From Botryllus schlosseri (taxonomy: Eukaryota): a stretch of DNA of 64,000 bases. This document shows positions 13,176 through 26,257 of the stretch, piece by piece; positions within the stretch are counted from its first letter, which is position 1; the number at the start of each line of letters is the position of its first letter. The DNA lies in contig CM119378.1 of the NCBI GenBank assembly GCA_051294905.1, positions 186,001 through 250,000 on the forward strand, in the 5' to 3' direction. The notes beneath the pieces were generated by a model. The model did not search any database. It worked only from the letters and a program-made list of their open reading frames with translations, and had not been told where the DNA came from. A program made the translations under genes and the position numbers.

Positions 13176-13485
13176 ATATGTAGTTATGCAGATCATGCAC
13201 TCGAGGTATGCATATGCACGGATCGTGTGCATGTATATCTTGAGTCGATGTATATGCCGCAAAAAACATCAAGGACAAAAAGAAACGATGTCCTTTACCT
13301 TTCACCAAAAACCGCGACTCGAGTTATGGCTCGAATCATTACAACACTACATAGCTGTCAAATATGTATGTAAGGGCCCTTTAAATATGTAATTCATGTG
13401 AAACAATTCTTCAATAAACAAAAAAATGGAGTAACACTACAGAGAGTGCGAATGTAATTTTCAAATCTGTCGTTACACAGTAATG

Positions 13486-16400
13486 TCACAAGGTAGGTTG
13501 TACAACGTGCCAAGTAAGCAGAGCTTTTCGCCAACGCTCCATAATACAATTTTCCAGAGGCGACATTGTTTCCCGCAAGTGACGTGGAGTTTTCTGCCTG
13601 CAATCGACCTGAACAGGAACAGTGACGATCGCCTCCAGACCTATATCGCAATTGAAGAATTGCTCACCGTGAGTTTGACCTCTTTGTCCTGATGGATGAG
13701 ACCGGCGTAATAATGCAAAACAAAATTGTCTACATGGGCCGTGGCGATATCTCGATGTAAACCGAAGAACAGGCTGAAGGTGTTGTCTTTCGCAACGACC
13801 CAAATGGGGTACCTGTTCGTGTTCGAGTAGCAGTCAACATTCCAATTACAAAATAAATCTGTAGTGACAGAACAAATGGCATAATATTGAAATAAACGAG
13901 TATGTTTTTGTCTGGCACGAGTCAAGGGTAATCGTCAGCAACTAGTAGAGATTTGGAAAAAACTTTGTATGCTAACAGACTTCACATATGGTCAGAGGTG
14001 GTCAAAGTAGTCACCGTCGCTACTCAAGTAGATGTAACGACGGAATTTCTACTCAAGTAGAAGTAGAAGTGGTGGTTCACAAGTAAGTAAGTAAGTAGGT
14101 ATTCTACGCTTATTTTTGCCTACAAAACTGAAAACTATCAAGTAGGAGTAGTCTAAAATCATACCTACTTGAAAACTAGTGTGAGTAGGAAAAATCTACT
14201 TCAAGTACTTCAAAAAGTAGAAGTAATTCGTTACTGACCACCTCTGCATATGGTGATACAATTGTCAACATACAAGTTCTTTTCAAATCTCAACAATAGT
14301 TGCTGTGCTGATGATTGCTCCTGATTTGTGTCAAACGGAAATATTCGGGCTCGTTTAAATATGAATAAACCAATTTGCTGTGCGATTCAGAATGCAGGCG
14401 GAATGCACCAGTTCTGTTGGTGAATCATTCCATCGCTTTCTTTTTATACTCTCTTCTTTACTGTTCATTCAGTGTGCATGCCTCCTCTTAACATATCCTA
14501 GGCCAAGGTGGGTGTCTGATTCCATAGACTACTCCAAATTGTTTCGACATCTTCCTGTCTTTTCATTGTATCGCATTTTTGTGGTGTATTGAACTGATAA
14601 ATTTGCTAATAAACCAATGATGATGATGATGAACAACAAGAGATTGCCATAAAATGAAAATATAGGTGTGTTAGAATGGCTTGTAGAATAGGGTGAAGTG
14701 AAAATGACTTTTTTTTTAAATAGAAAAAGGGGGTTCTTAAATCCCGACAAATGAGCTCAAACTTCAATAAAAATTGAATTTAGGGAATTGCCCCCATTTT
14801 CCAGCCGGTAATCCCCCAATTTCTGCGCGCGAGGGGGTAAAATTGCAAATCTCGGCAGCCGCTGATTGTAGAGTCATGATATATAGTTAAAAAGCTGCAG
14901 AAATAGCATATTTATATAGGTCCTAAGAAGAAATTTTTCTTTTTACAAAACAAGCTTTGGCAAAAAAAAATGGTAAAAAATGCGGATAACCGGAGGAGTA
15001 ACTACATACTCAAATGTGTTGGGGCTGTGGGGAGCCCATCCTGGTGACGTGAGGTAGCAGTTGTTTGCATCCGAGGTGAATACAAGACTGCAATAACAAG
15101 ATCAGTGTCCAACAGGGATGCTCGGCGGGTTGTCGTTAGCGGGCCGGGGCGTGCCGCTGACAGCGCCCAATTGGCTTATCTAGCTAGAATATGGCTGTGG
15201 AAGGAAACCCTGAGAAATTGGGGGGTTGCCGGCTGGACAATGGGGGCAATCCCCTACATTCAATTTATATTGAAGTTTCAGGTCATTTGTCGGGATTTAA
15301 GAACCCTCTTTTTTCGATTTAGAAAAAAAGGTCATTTTCACTCCACCCTATTCTAGAAGTCTTTCAATCAAATGCTCGCCCGGGTCTAGAACAATGAAAT
15401 AAGATGCACGAGGACAGAATGAAAAGCATCTGAAGATAACATGAATGGACATTGGACAAGCAATGAGAATGAAGTGGCATAAGTCGTTAGACAAAATATA
15501 TGTCGGCACGTGGTCCGGTAACAGGACTGGGGGAAAAATGACTCCTGCCTAGTAGGAGAGATGATTTTTCGAGTGCTGAAATGATACGCCAATCAACGAG
15601 AATTATACTTTCAATACTCTTCTACCAACGTGGGAGTCCTAAAACCCCGATTCGTCGTATCACAGCATTTAAAACATAGAGCACGAATCTACACATGATA
15701 CTGATACTACATTTCTGTATAGTCATGAGCACAGTTGGGTCAATTACATTAATTCACTTCAATTACAATCACTATTATAATTACTTCATTGCATGATTCA
15801 ATTACAATTACTGTTAAACATGTAATTGATTCGGTTGAGAGGTGCTGTTTGACAACTGTAGCGACCTAATCAGCAACAATCTCAAGCTATTCATGTTTCA
15901 TTCATGATACGTAGAACAGCCTACCCTTTAATTAAAATAGAACGTATTCAAACAACTCCTAATCATGAGCACTGAAAAATACGAACACAAAAAATTCTTT
16001 AAGCGACTATTAACAATCAAAAGTTTGAGCGACTTGCAGTGACTAACAACGAATAGGCTACAAGACAGTCAATGTGATGTAATCAAACGAATACTCAGAG
16101 CTGAGTAAGGCAAATGAAATGTAATTGGTATGGTGTGAGCGATAAGGATGATAAAGTGTGTAAAATTAAAATGAATGCAAAAGTAAAGAAGCTCCTGATT
16201 ACTACAAATTAAAAAATTTTGGTTCACATTTACATTTTCACTTGCTCAAAAACTTTTACATTGCATTTGATGAGCATTAGGGTGCGGAAAGTTTCCGGCC
16301 CCTGTAAATTTGGCTAAGATTGGAGGTAAGATTGGGATAACATCTCTACAAATGCGTAATCAAGTTTGATGAAGCCTCGGTTGAACGCATGAATTTCTTT

Positions 16401-19400
16401 TTGCATTTGTTGCAGCAAGCCTCAGTACTGGTAAGAGATTAAAATTAAGATTAAAACTATGATCGTGGTGTAGGATATACAGTCCATCCTCAAGATTACC
16501 AGACCACGACTGACCTATCGATCTCGCTTCCCATGACATGCCGCCCTATTTCTTGTCGCTTCCTTCTCTATGCTATCTTCTTTACTTTCATTCAGTGTGC
16601 ATGCCTCCTCTTTACATCGCCTAGGCCAAGGTGGGTGTCTGATTCCATAGAAAACTCCTAGTCGCTTCGACATCTTCCTGTCTTTTCATTGTATCGCATT
16701 TTTTGTGGTGTATTGAACTGATAAAATTCCTAATAAACCAATGATGATGATGATGATGATGGTGCAGCACAGGTTTCAGAAGAGTTTATTTGCTGTTCGT
16801 CCATTTTTGAGCTATTAAGATTTAGTTTACCCCAGTGGTTTTCAAACTTTTTTTTGGACACGCCCCGCTTTTATGACTGTGAAATATTTCGTGTCCCCTT
16901 ATCGCCATATGACACAATGAAACCAGAATGTTAGCAATCCTAACAGATAGTTTGATGGCATCGAAGGTTATGATGGTTGATGAGAGAATTCTCCAATACG
17001 AAATTCAGACTATACACGGAGCAATAACTATGAAATGGACGTAAATCGCGCCAAGCACGGATATTTTTTTCAGCTGATCGGAGCTTCGCGCTGCCCTTCA
17101 GATGCTTTCACGCCTCCCAAGCGGCGCGCCTACAGTTTCAGAACCACTGGTTTAGCCTATATTGTAATTCACTAAGTTTTATATTGTTATTGAAGTATGG
17201 GAAACAGTTTAGCATGGCTCAATTAGTGAACGAGGCACGCATAGAACACCCATGTAAATAGGCTAATTATTTTATGCTGTTATTGTCAGGTTTCAATAAC
17301 AATGTAATTGGAATTGTGATTGGGCAAAATTTTTATCAAATTCCGATTACACAAAATGAAAACGATTCAATTAAAATTACGATTACATGAAAAAATGTAA
17401 TTGTTTACATTCAGCTCAATTACAAATTACAATTGATCCAGCTCTGGTCGTGAGAAACCCACAGCGATGTCACCAAGTCTAATGAAGAAGAATTGGTCGA
17501 AAAAAATATCGAAATCATGTTTATGCGCCGTAAAGAGTGTTACTATGATAGAGGACACAGAAACAAATGCTCAATCCATGATAGAATCACTCCGGCACTC
17601 GATTTTTCCCAGCGGTAATGGAGACAGGTCGAGTCACTTTTAATTTCCAGGTAATTACGATCATACCTGGGATGAGTAAGGTTGTTTCCAACAGGCTTTG
17701 CGTTTCCCGTGTTCACTGCCAAGAATCCAACGTCAGACTGCGAAGTAATGCCTCGATGAACAGCGGACGCATCAGCGGCGATCCTACGGTCGTCAAACAT
17801 GTTTGATGAAGCGGATCCAGTGAGAAAAAGGTTCAGTAGCTCCTACAAGAGGAATAACCTTCCGTCAGTTCTCTCATTCCAGCCCTGGACCACAAGTTTT
17901 ATTTTCTTGACTCTACGAACTAGAGTAGGAGAGCCAGAAAATTTTAGCTTTTTCGAATTAGATTAAAATTAGAAGGATACCAGTAGCCAGTTTTTAGATC
18001 ATTCGATCAGAATTAGATTTATATCTACAGTTTCTTACAAACTGAATTAGAATTCGATTTATAGGTACAGTTTTTTTGCAAATTAGATTTGAATTAGAAA
18101 GATAGCTTCAGTGTTTTTCCAAACTAGACAAGAATTACAATTTCTAAAGCAGAAAAAATTCTAAATCGAGAAATGCAACATAATCAAGTTCATTGACACA
18201 AGCACGAGAATGACAAACGCTTGCAGTTGTACCCTTTCGATAGAGCTCAATACGATCGATTCCTGGGCTTTTATCAACAGAAAAGTAAGCTAGTGTATCT
18301 GAATACAATACGGCAATAACACAGAGTTAACGCAGATACAACGAACAGAAACGATACCCAACCTAACTGGCGCAGAATGAAATGAATAGTCACGACGTTA
18401 AGCTAATCAGAAACCAAACAACATAAACACCCTCTAGTGGTCCAAAGGTACCGAATCACCACACTTGGTGCATTTTGTGCGGTACAGTTCTCCGGTAGCA
18501 TTTTCAGACGAAGCAGAACTTGAATTAGAATTAAAATGTGAGCATAATACATGTCACAAATTAGAATTCGACCACCAGCATTTCGCTCCAATGAGTCCAC
18601 TTTAACAACTATTATTATCTAGTTGTCAGCCGTGACGTACCACTGTGCTAGAACAATTTTTGCCGAGAAGGCAATTGGTTCGTTCGTCCATATCCAGCAG
18701 AACCTCGCTGATGCCACGAGACAAGATGACAGAGTAGAGAAGAGAGATCGCCGCACCGTGACTGTATTCAAAGTGACCGATATGTTCGTAGACTGTTGCA
18801 TGCAGTGACTCTACAGTGGTACATGGAGTCTGAAAAAACAGGATCTGTGAGGATCATGATTGGCGAGGCACTGACCTTCTACAGTCAGATTTATGAAGAT
18901 ATGTTCTGAAAGGGGCAGCTGATTCAGTTAGCTACCTGTTTCCAATCACAACTACACGATTCACATCACACCCTCAGTTTGCGAAGTCGACATAACGCAT
19001 TGTATAAGTGCACTGGAATTGTTAGCTAACCAGTAGGCTCTGTGCCTCACCTCTCCTTTCACGCTATATTTTTTAACAATAAAAATGCATCTTCCGTGAT
19101 TTTGTATGTTAACATCAGGGATATCTAGAAGTTCTAGATATCCCTGGTTAACATGTTCCAAAATTAGTCTTTCATGAACACTGATGGAAAATACACATAA
19201 TGATTGGTGTTATAATCATTAAATGTGTCGCTATTATTTTACTCATCACAACCACAGGTGAGGCACTGCCTCACTACCTCCCATGACCGCACGTCACTGC
19301 AAAGAATGATATTTTAAATCGCAACAGGAGCGCGTTGCTTTGGGAGTGTCAATTTAGTCGGAGTCGTTAGCTATATCTGAGTAGTTGAAGAGACTGTTTG

Positions 19401-22400
19401 GGTTACAGAACTCCAAATATGGTACAAAGAATTAGGGGTTGAATAGATTTACGCAATATGTTATTAAAATATACACTTGAGTAGCATGAACGTCGGATAC
19501 TATCATGACTCTTAACAGGAAACAATTCATTATTCTCTGCACAAGTGGAATGACATAAGGGGTCGAGAGCCACATTAGAGCTACCAAGTAGAGTGAAATA
19601 TTTTCTGGTAGAGTCGAGATTGTTACTGACAATGGCAAAATATTGTAATATTCTACTTTAGTAGTAGGCGAGATCAGGGTTGTAACCAAGTCACAAGGTT
19701 CCGAGTCACACGTCAATCTCACTTTAATCGTTTTGACTCGAGTCAAGTTGAGTCATTTTCCATTCACCACCTCGTCAAGTCTGAGTCCAATTCAACTAGT
19801 ATAGGGTCGAGTCCGAGTCATTATGTCGATTGTTCCGTTTTTAGTTCAATCTGGTTCAACCACTTTTTCAACTCTGCTTGAGTGAAATAGAATGGCTCGT
19901 ATTCATAATATCGTCATGTTCCTCAAGGCGTAACAGTTTCTGGCCCTATTTTCCAAGTATCAGGACTGATAGACGAAATACCAATCATGTGGTGACTTTA
20001 CTGTAGCGTATAAATTCAATGCTCAGAAACCTCATCTCTCAACCGACTCGACTCAACCCTTCGTGATCGGCCGGCCTACTGACCAAAGGTTTACTGCATC
20101 CATAAAAATACCGATAAAATGCCATCCATAGGGCTTAAATCAACGCCCAAAATATAGCGTAAACCTGAAGTAGCCACCTAGCGGACTGAGACACTCGCAC
20201 GGCTCACACGCGAGACGGAATGGCGTAATGCGAGGAAATGTTGTCAATTTTTTGAAAATGGGAGATAATTTTGTTCTTCAATTTATCCTCACGTCATTCA
20301 TATGGCTTCTATTGGTATATGACCACATGATTGTTCTCCGCAAAAATGTCTACGTTCCAACGAGCCATTACACGCTACTATAACGCTTCACAGCCCAGCG
20401 CTACGATATTGGAAAGAGAGAGAAGACAAGCTGGACTTGCGCGACCACCGCCGATAAGTAATCAATTACGTAATCGCGTATTCTCGCTGAAGGCAACGCG
20501 CTTGTCCAGTTCTACGTAACATAATAGGCACTGCCCTGGCGAAATTGCCTAAGTTATATATCTCCCTGCTGTTGAAGTGTTATCAGCTTCAGTTGATTAT
20601 TGTGTGTAACTTACAACTGCAATAAGGCAATCCAAGTGAACATATATTGGTGTATCCTTATTCGACACTGCCCATATGCGTTTGAGAATTCATTTTACAC
20701 GATACAGTATTGCTTCATTTCACATCCATTTGAACTGTCTTCTATAGCGCGAATGTTTTACGTATGATCAACACTATTCATATAAGTCAACAGTAACTTC
20801 CTATGCCATCTAAAACAGACATAGGCTGCCTCTATGTGATGTTGTTATTACAAGCTCGGCTACCGAAATAGCCTAACTTGCACGCTTATTTGTTCAGTGT
20901 TAGGGCTGGTGTCGATTGTCTTATACAAAGCTAAGCTCCATGATACGGATATTGATGGATATGCCAGGATAAAGGCTAACTATATGTATTATTTGCAATT
21001 GCCCGAAGCAATCATACATATGTCTGAAACCGCAACCAGCCAGGTGCTCTTACGCAGCCATGATTTTCACTTGGCAAGGTATTGCTTTCTTTCGCGTCAA
21101 TTTGAAACATCTTCTACGTGCTAATCTTCGATATAAGGGCTTTCACACAATGGTATGGACTACAACAAGTCGTGGAAGATAACTGTAATTGGTTATATGA
21201 GGTCTAGAACGGAAGGTACAATGGTTTACATTTCAGGCGTTCATTCAAGAAAACATCGTTACAAATTCAATTTTGCTGGAAACGTTTATGCGTGTTCACT
21301 GTCCAATCTTCATTTCAAACAGGATATATATTGATATAATAGATTATACATGGTCCGATGTATGCGTATTCATTTGAGCTATCCTTATAAAACGATTGTA
21401 ACAGTTTATGACCAATACAGGTCTAGCTATTTTGGATTAAATAAAGACTCCTCTGTGTTAAACAGTGGCGGTCCAGTATACTGGACAGCCAGTCGCAAAG
21501 GGTTGATCATTGGATTTCGAGTACTCGACCATTGTGCCCATCCCTGCTTTCTAACTCACAACACTCACCATGACGATATATTCCGATACTCCATCATAGG
21601 GAAAGCTAGGGCCTGGTTTGAAGCTCTGCGTCGCGCTAATCGTGGCCACAATCGCACGGAAAGAACGTCCTGCTTTCCACAGCATCTCAATGATGGATTC
21701 TGCCAGGCAGCTGGTTCGGAGACCTTCCGAAACGTTGAGGACCGACTGATCGCGACTTTTCACCTCTTTGCCGTTGTTGCCGACTTTGCCGAAAATCATA
21801 TGCTTGAGGACAAAACCCTGAAATTGAACCGTTGCGGACTGGTACCAAGCAGTCTTAAATCGCAACTTGTTCTTGACTCGACTTGAGTCAATTTGTGTAT
21901 TGATTCGACTTGTAGTTAGGTCATTGCACATCGCATAATTATGACCCGACAAATTCTATATGATTTAATCAAAAAATAGGCCTGAAAACTGTATTTCATG
22001 TTTGAATAAACATGTTTAGAGTGAGAAAAATGAGTGCATTATGAGTCCAAGGCGCTCAACATCACCAGAGTTTCTCAAAAGTGAGATGAACCTGACTTGA
22101 ACTCGGACTCGAGTCTTAACTATATGACTCAGACTCGACTCGTTGATCCCTAACTTGGACTTGACTCGAAAACGACTTTACTCGACTCGAGTCAAAACAA
22201 TGAAAGTCAAATTGACTTGAGACTCGGCCAAATATCGTCCACCATATTTGGGTTTATGCAGTATTGTTATAACAATAAAATGATAGAACACACAATAAAC
22301 ATGATAGTACCATATTACATATTCAGTTAATGTGATGTTTAAGCTTGTTTATGCTGCTTTGGTGGTGCAGGGAAGTGTATGATCTCATGACACTTGGTGC

Positions 22401-25400
22401 TGTACGAGTATTTTTACTTGATTCTAATTAATTTATTTTCTTATAGTGGGAGGTGATAAATTTTACTCAAAAATGATTAATTTTTTCAGGGCCTATGCTG
22501 AAAAAAACTCATAGCCCTAAGTATGGGAGAATCGGTGTTGCTATCATTCTAATTCTAATCTAATTTGGAGAAACTGAAGATTTTTCAGTGGACCAAGTCT
22601 GACCTGAACAATCGTCACAATTGCGCATGGGCCTCCTTTCTTCTGTATGAGCCCGTACCTTAGTCTGTTTGTTCGTTCGTCTTGACAATCGCGGAACGTG
22701 AATGCTTGTTTAATCCAAGCGTCGTTGAAGGTACGCGAGTAGGTCGGCCCAAAGATAAGTTTTCGAAGGCGCACCGCCGTGTCGTAGTCGAGCGGCTGAG
22801 CCTTTTTGGTGACTTTGAATTCGACTTTTTTGACTTTGGGCCGGGGTTTGTTTTTTGCCGTGACGGCAACTTTCAAGTCCCGCCATTTCTTACGCGGATT
22901 CGATTCTGGCTGCTCCTCCAGCAGTGTGTCGTCATAGCCTGTTGACAAAAAGTGTAATGAAAGCATCGATTACCAGGGTGGACTCGGTAATTCTAAAGCC
23001 GTTTAATCGGAATAATTAGAGGAAATGCCTGTCATTTAATGCTCATCTGGTTTTCCTGAAGCCAAGCCAAGTTTGCTGCACGATACACTCGATACAGTTC
23101 ACCTGTAGCTTTTCTAGGAAAACTAGAAATTCGATAATTATATGTCTTGGAAATTAATAATACATGTAATCGAGTGAAAATTCCGTTTCAAAAATTCATT
23201 TCAACACCACCTCCGCCAATACCTGCCAGCCAACGTAGGCATCTCTCTTCCACCATATCCGACACATCGCTTAGGTTCTTCAATGCCAGCGAACTCGATT
23301 CTACCGTGTTCTTTTCTTCCAATTTAACTTTCTTTTTGGTCTGCATCGCGGTTTTCTGAACATCAAGTAATATGAGAGAAGTCAACTGAGAGTGTGAGCT
23401 CACGCGATGACTCTTAATTACTGAGCGTTCTCTCCTCTACTCACTGGAAAGTTTCTCGACATAGTAGCTAACTCATCCATGTTTTCTGAATCAACTGATT
23501 TTCTCGTGCCTGATCTCATCTCGTCAGCCTCTGAAACTTTGAAGATCGCTCTCTTTGGTTGAACGCTCAATGCCCTTTCTTTTGAAGAAGGCCTGACTGC
23601 ATGGTAAAAACAATAATGTAGGCCTACAATTCGTACACCGGAAATCAGGGGCTCAAACATTTTTAACCGCGTACCTTCTCTATATACATGCATTTGTGGC
23701 TGTGATTGCAACATACATTCTGGCACTTGGCGATAACGAGGACACTAGAACTTTCCATTGAATTTCCTTGAAATAACTATGACTAATGTCAGGGTCAAAG
23801 TGAACCTGGTCTAGCGCAATGCAGAATCAGTTTGTCAGGAAATTCGGTTCACGGTAATGGTCGGCAGTCCCATAAAATATAGCATGCTTATCATTATGCG
23901 TAAGCGTTGTTCAAAAATAGATTTCTTCTTCAAATTTTACCGTCTATTCTAGTTAGGTTGGCTGTAAAAACGCTGCACAACAAATTTGGCTCAATTCCAA
24001 CTAAGCGAAGTAATTGAAGTGAAGAATTTTGGATTTGAAAAAATATGGTGGTGTCAAAGTAGTCAAGAAAGCTACTCAAGTAGAAGTAGCGACGGAAAAA
24101 ATCTACTCAAGTACGAGTAGAAGTACTTCTTCCATAAGCAACCTAAAACTACTTAAAGTAGAAGTAGAATTGACTGACTTTAAAAGTACTTAAGTAAGTA
24201 GTGAAAACGATCCTAATTTGTTCACATGGATTGTATAAAGGCGCAAATTGAGTTACGCGAAAGGTGACGAGCTTGATTCATATCAGCAGGTATCCAATTT
24301 TCGATATCATAAGCATTCGTCCACATCATGGGATGAAAATGATAGGATTAATATGGAAATGCGATACTTATCCTGTTTTCTTGAACAGCACTTTTTAGCA
24401 AATAGCATGGTATGGCGTCATCCCCCATTTTATAAGGTCCGTAGTTTAGTCAGAGCAATACGGAGAAGTTGTATAGGATACGATGTGAACACTTTGCACG
24501 ATTAGTAAACGTTAATAAAAAATATAGTGGACCGTAAAACTGCCATATTGTGTAGCTTTATTTCAGGAAATTAAAGGCATTACTACACTTGCTTTTATAC
24601 TTCAACATGTATGTTATCCAGACTAGAGAACTTATATTAATTATTATTCAAAGCATATGATACTGGGAATTGAAAATGGAAGATAAATACTAGTTCTAAA
24701 AGTGGAACACGTTTTTCATGCCTCTAGTCCAGAAAGTTTCAAAGGTGGTGTGCTAAAACAGTTCTAAAACTAAAACAAATATCAGAGTCCACTTTTTCAG
24801 GTTACGGCACGCCATGGACATGCTAGATTACGATATGACAGATGCTAGATTGCGAAACATCAGTTTCAAACGTTATGATGAGCCATATATATTGCGATGA
24901 ATTATTTCATGTGGGCGAAGGGCGACAATGTGGTGCGAACTCAGGGATATCTAGTTCTAGATATCCCTGTGTGAACAGAACCACGCCAAGCCGCTACCTA
25001 AATTATATGCATCGATGCTTTCGTGAAATCATACTGGTAACGCCGCATATCCACTGCGTGCGACGAAAATTCTGGGCTTTACTCTACTTTTATGAAAGTT
25101 AAATGTTATTACTCCGTGAAAACAGCCCCCGAAATTCCTCAGGCTATCTTCCTGATAGGAAGATAGAACTACTTCTACTTGACAAACTGAAAATAGTGAA
25201 AAGTAAGTAAGTAGATCACAAAATATTATGAAGTAGAAGTAGCGAAGATCAGATCTACTTGAGTAAGTACCAGAAGTAGAGGAAAATACTTGAGTACTTC
25301 GAAAAAGTAGAAGTACTTCGTTACTGACCACCTCTGGTGGTATTTATGGTAGGAAATTCATCAATTATTTATTACAGATTTCAAATCCTAACTTCGCTTT

Positions 25401-26257
25401 TACTAGTTGGAATAGAGCCAAATTTGCTATGCATCGTTTTGTATACAGCTTAATTTCATGGGGTTACCAGTAAAATTTGAAAAATAAAGCTTTTTTTCAT
25501 AAAGTTTACATTTTTCAATTCCAATAGCTTAGCTTCCACGGGTTGGAATTGAGCCAAGTTTGGTGTGCAGCGTTCTTTTTAGTCAACCTAACCACTCCCT
25601 GGAATAGCCAGTCAAATGTGAAGATAAAAAGTTATTTTTGAAAAACCCTACTGTGCATAAGCAAAACAATTAGGTTGAAATAGTACTAATGAAGTACGGC
25701 CTTCATGACAAGCTCATGTAGCCCTGTAAATCATCTCGTCTACCCCAGTATGAGAAACCCTACCTTAGATATACATTTACCTCGCGGGTGTGCAGATACG
25801 GGCCGGCTGTTGGCTGCCTGGTTGAAGCGTGGACTCTGCAAAACGTCCCATACGATCATTTCAACGACGCTTTGAAACGGTCGTAGCAAATGACTGTTCC
25901 TGCGAATGAGAGGCGCCACGTGCAAAGACTGAGCGAGTTGCGACCGATTGCAAATGCTTGTTTTTGTTCGCGGGGCTTCCACATCCAGTTTGGCGAGTGT
26001 CTGATACAGTCCCCAGTGTTGCAAAAACTCGCGCACGAGGCCGAGGGATGATTCTTCGATAACTCGACGCTGGGACTCGGAACTAACCGTCCAGGGAAAA
26101 TTTTCCTGAAAATTGGCTTGAAGTTAAGACTGCCCAAAATACCGCTGATATCGGTCAACATAACAAGCTGGATGCAGAAGTGAATGAAATCAGCCGTCTG
26201 ATTACTAAGGCATGACTATTCTGACTGCTTCGCAAACCATTCAAGTGCACATACCAT
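13486..26257 (-). CDS. MINDY4: MINDY4/FAM188B-like deubiquitinase-family protein (~609 aa), catalytic His substituted
   Basis: Exons (minus): 26255-26257 (ATG only, least certain), 25781-26105, 23445-23596, 23223-23355, 22604-22938, 21569-21817, 18641-18829, 17667-17842, 13668-13812, 13486-13608. All introns are GT-AG and phase-consistent; total 1830 nt. Motifs GLVREFL, YGLIQKKGGPC, LYSVILSRG, ELLNLFLTG, YPIWVV and SPLENCIMERW match MINDY4. Confidence 0.88.
13993..14246. mobile_element. hAT-type MITE (aagtag subrepeats); longer relative at ~24050-25336
   Basis: TIR cagaggtggtca / tgaccacctctg; exact 8-bp TSD catatggt. Confidence 0.88.
14435..14631 (+). mobile_element. LINE 3' UTR fragment with (tga)n tail
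   Basis: Matches 44515-44710; ends aataaaccaatgatgatgatgatg. Confidence 0.85.
14684..15355. mobile_element. MITE with ~130-bp TIRs, superfamily unassigned
   Basis: tagaatagggtgaagtgaaaatgac... is mirrored by ...gtcattttcactccaccctattcta. Confidence 0.7.
15730..17446. mobile_element. hAT-type MITE (aattac subrepeats) containing a LINE 3' end (~16477-16760) and a second MITE (16833-17149)
   Basis: Imperfect TIR cacagttgggtcaatt / aattgatccagctctg with TSD gtcatgag/gtcgtgag. Inner MITE cagtggtt...aaccactg has TSD gtttaccc/gtttagcc. Confidence 0.7.
19116..19146. repeat. 31-bp perfect palindrome flanked by an 8-bp duplication (transposon footprint)
   Basis: cagggatatctagaa-g-ttctagatatccctg; gttaacat at 19108-19115 and 19147-19154. 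Confidence 0.85.

Noticed and set aside
20060..21350. Extra MINDY4 exon or nested gene
   Set aside because: The flanking exons already join in frame without an alignment gap, and the short ORFs here show no recognisable motif.
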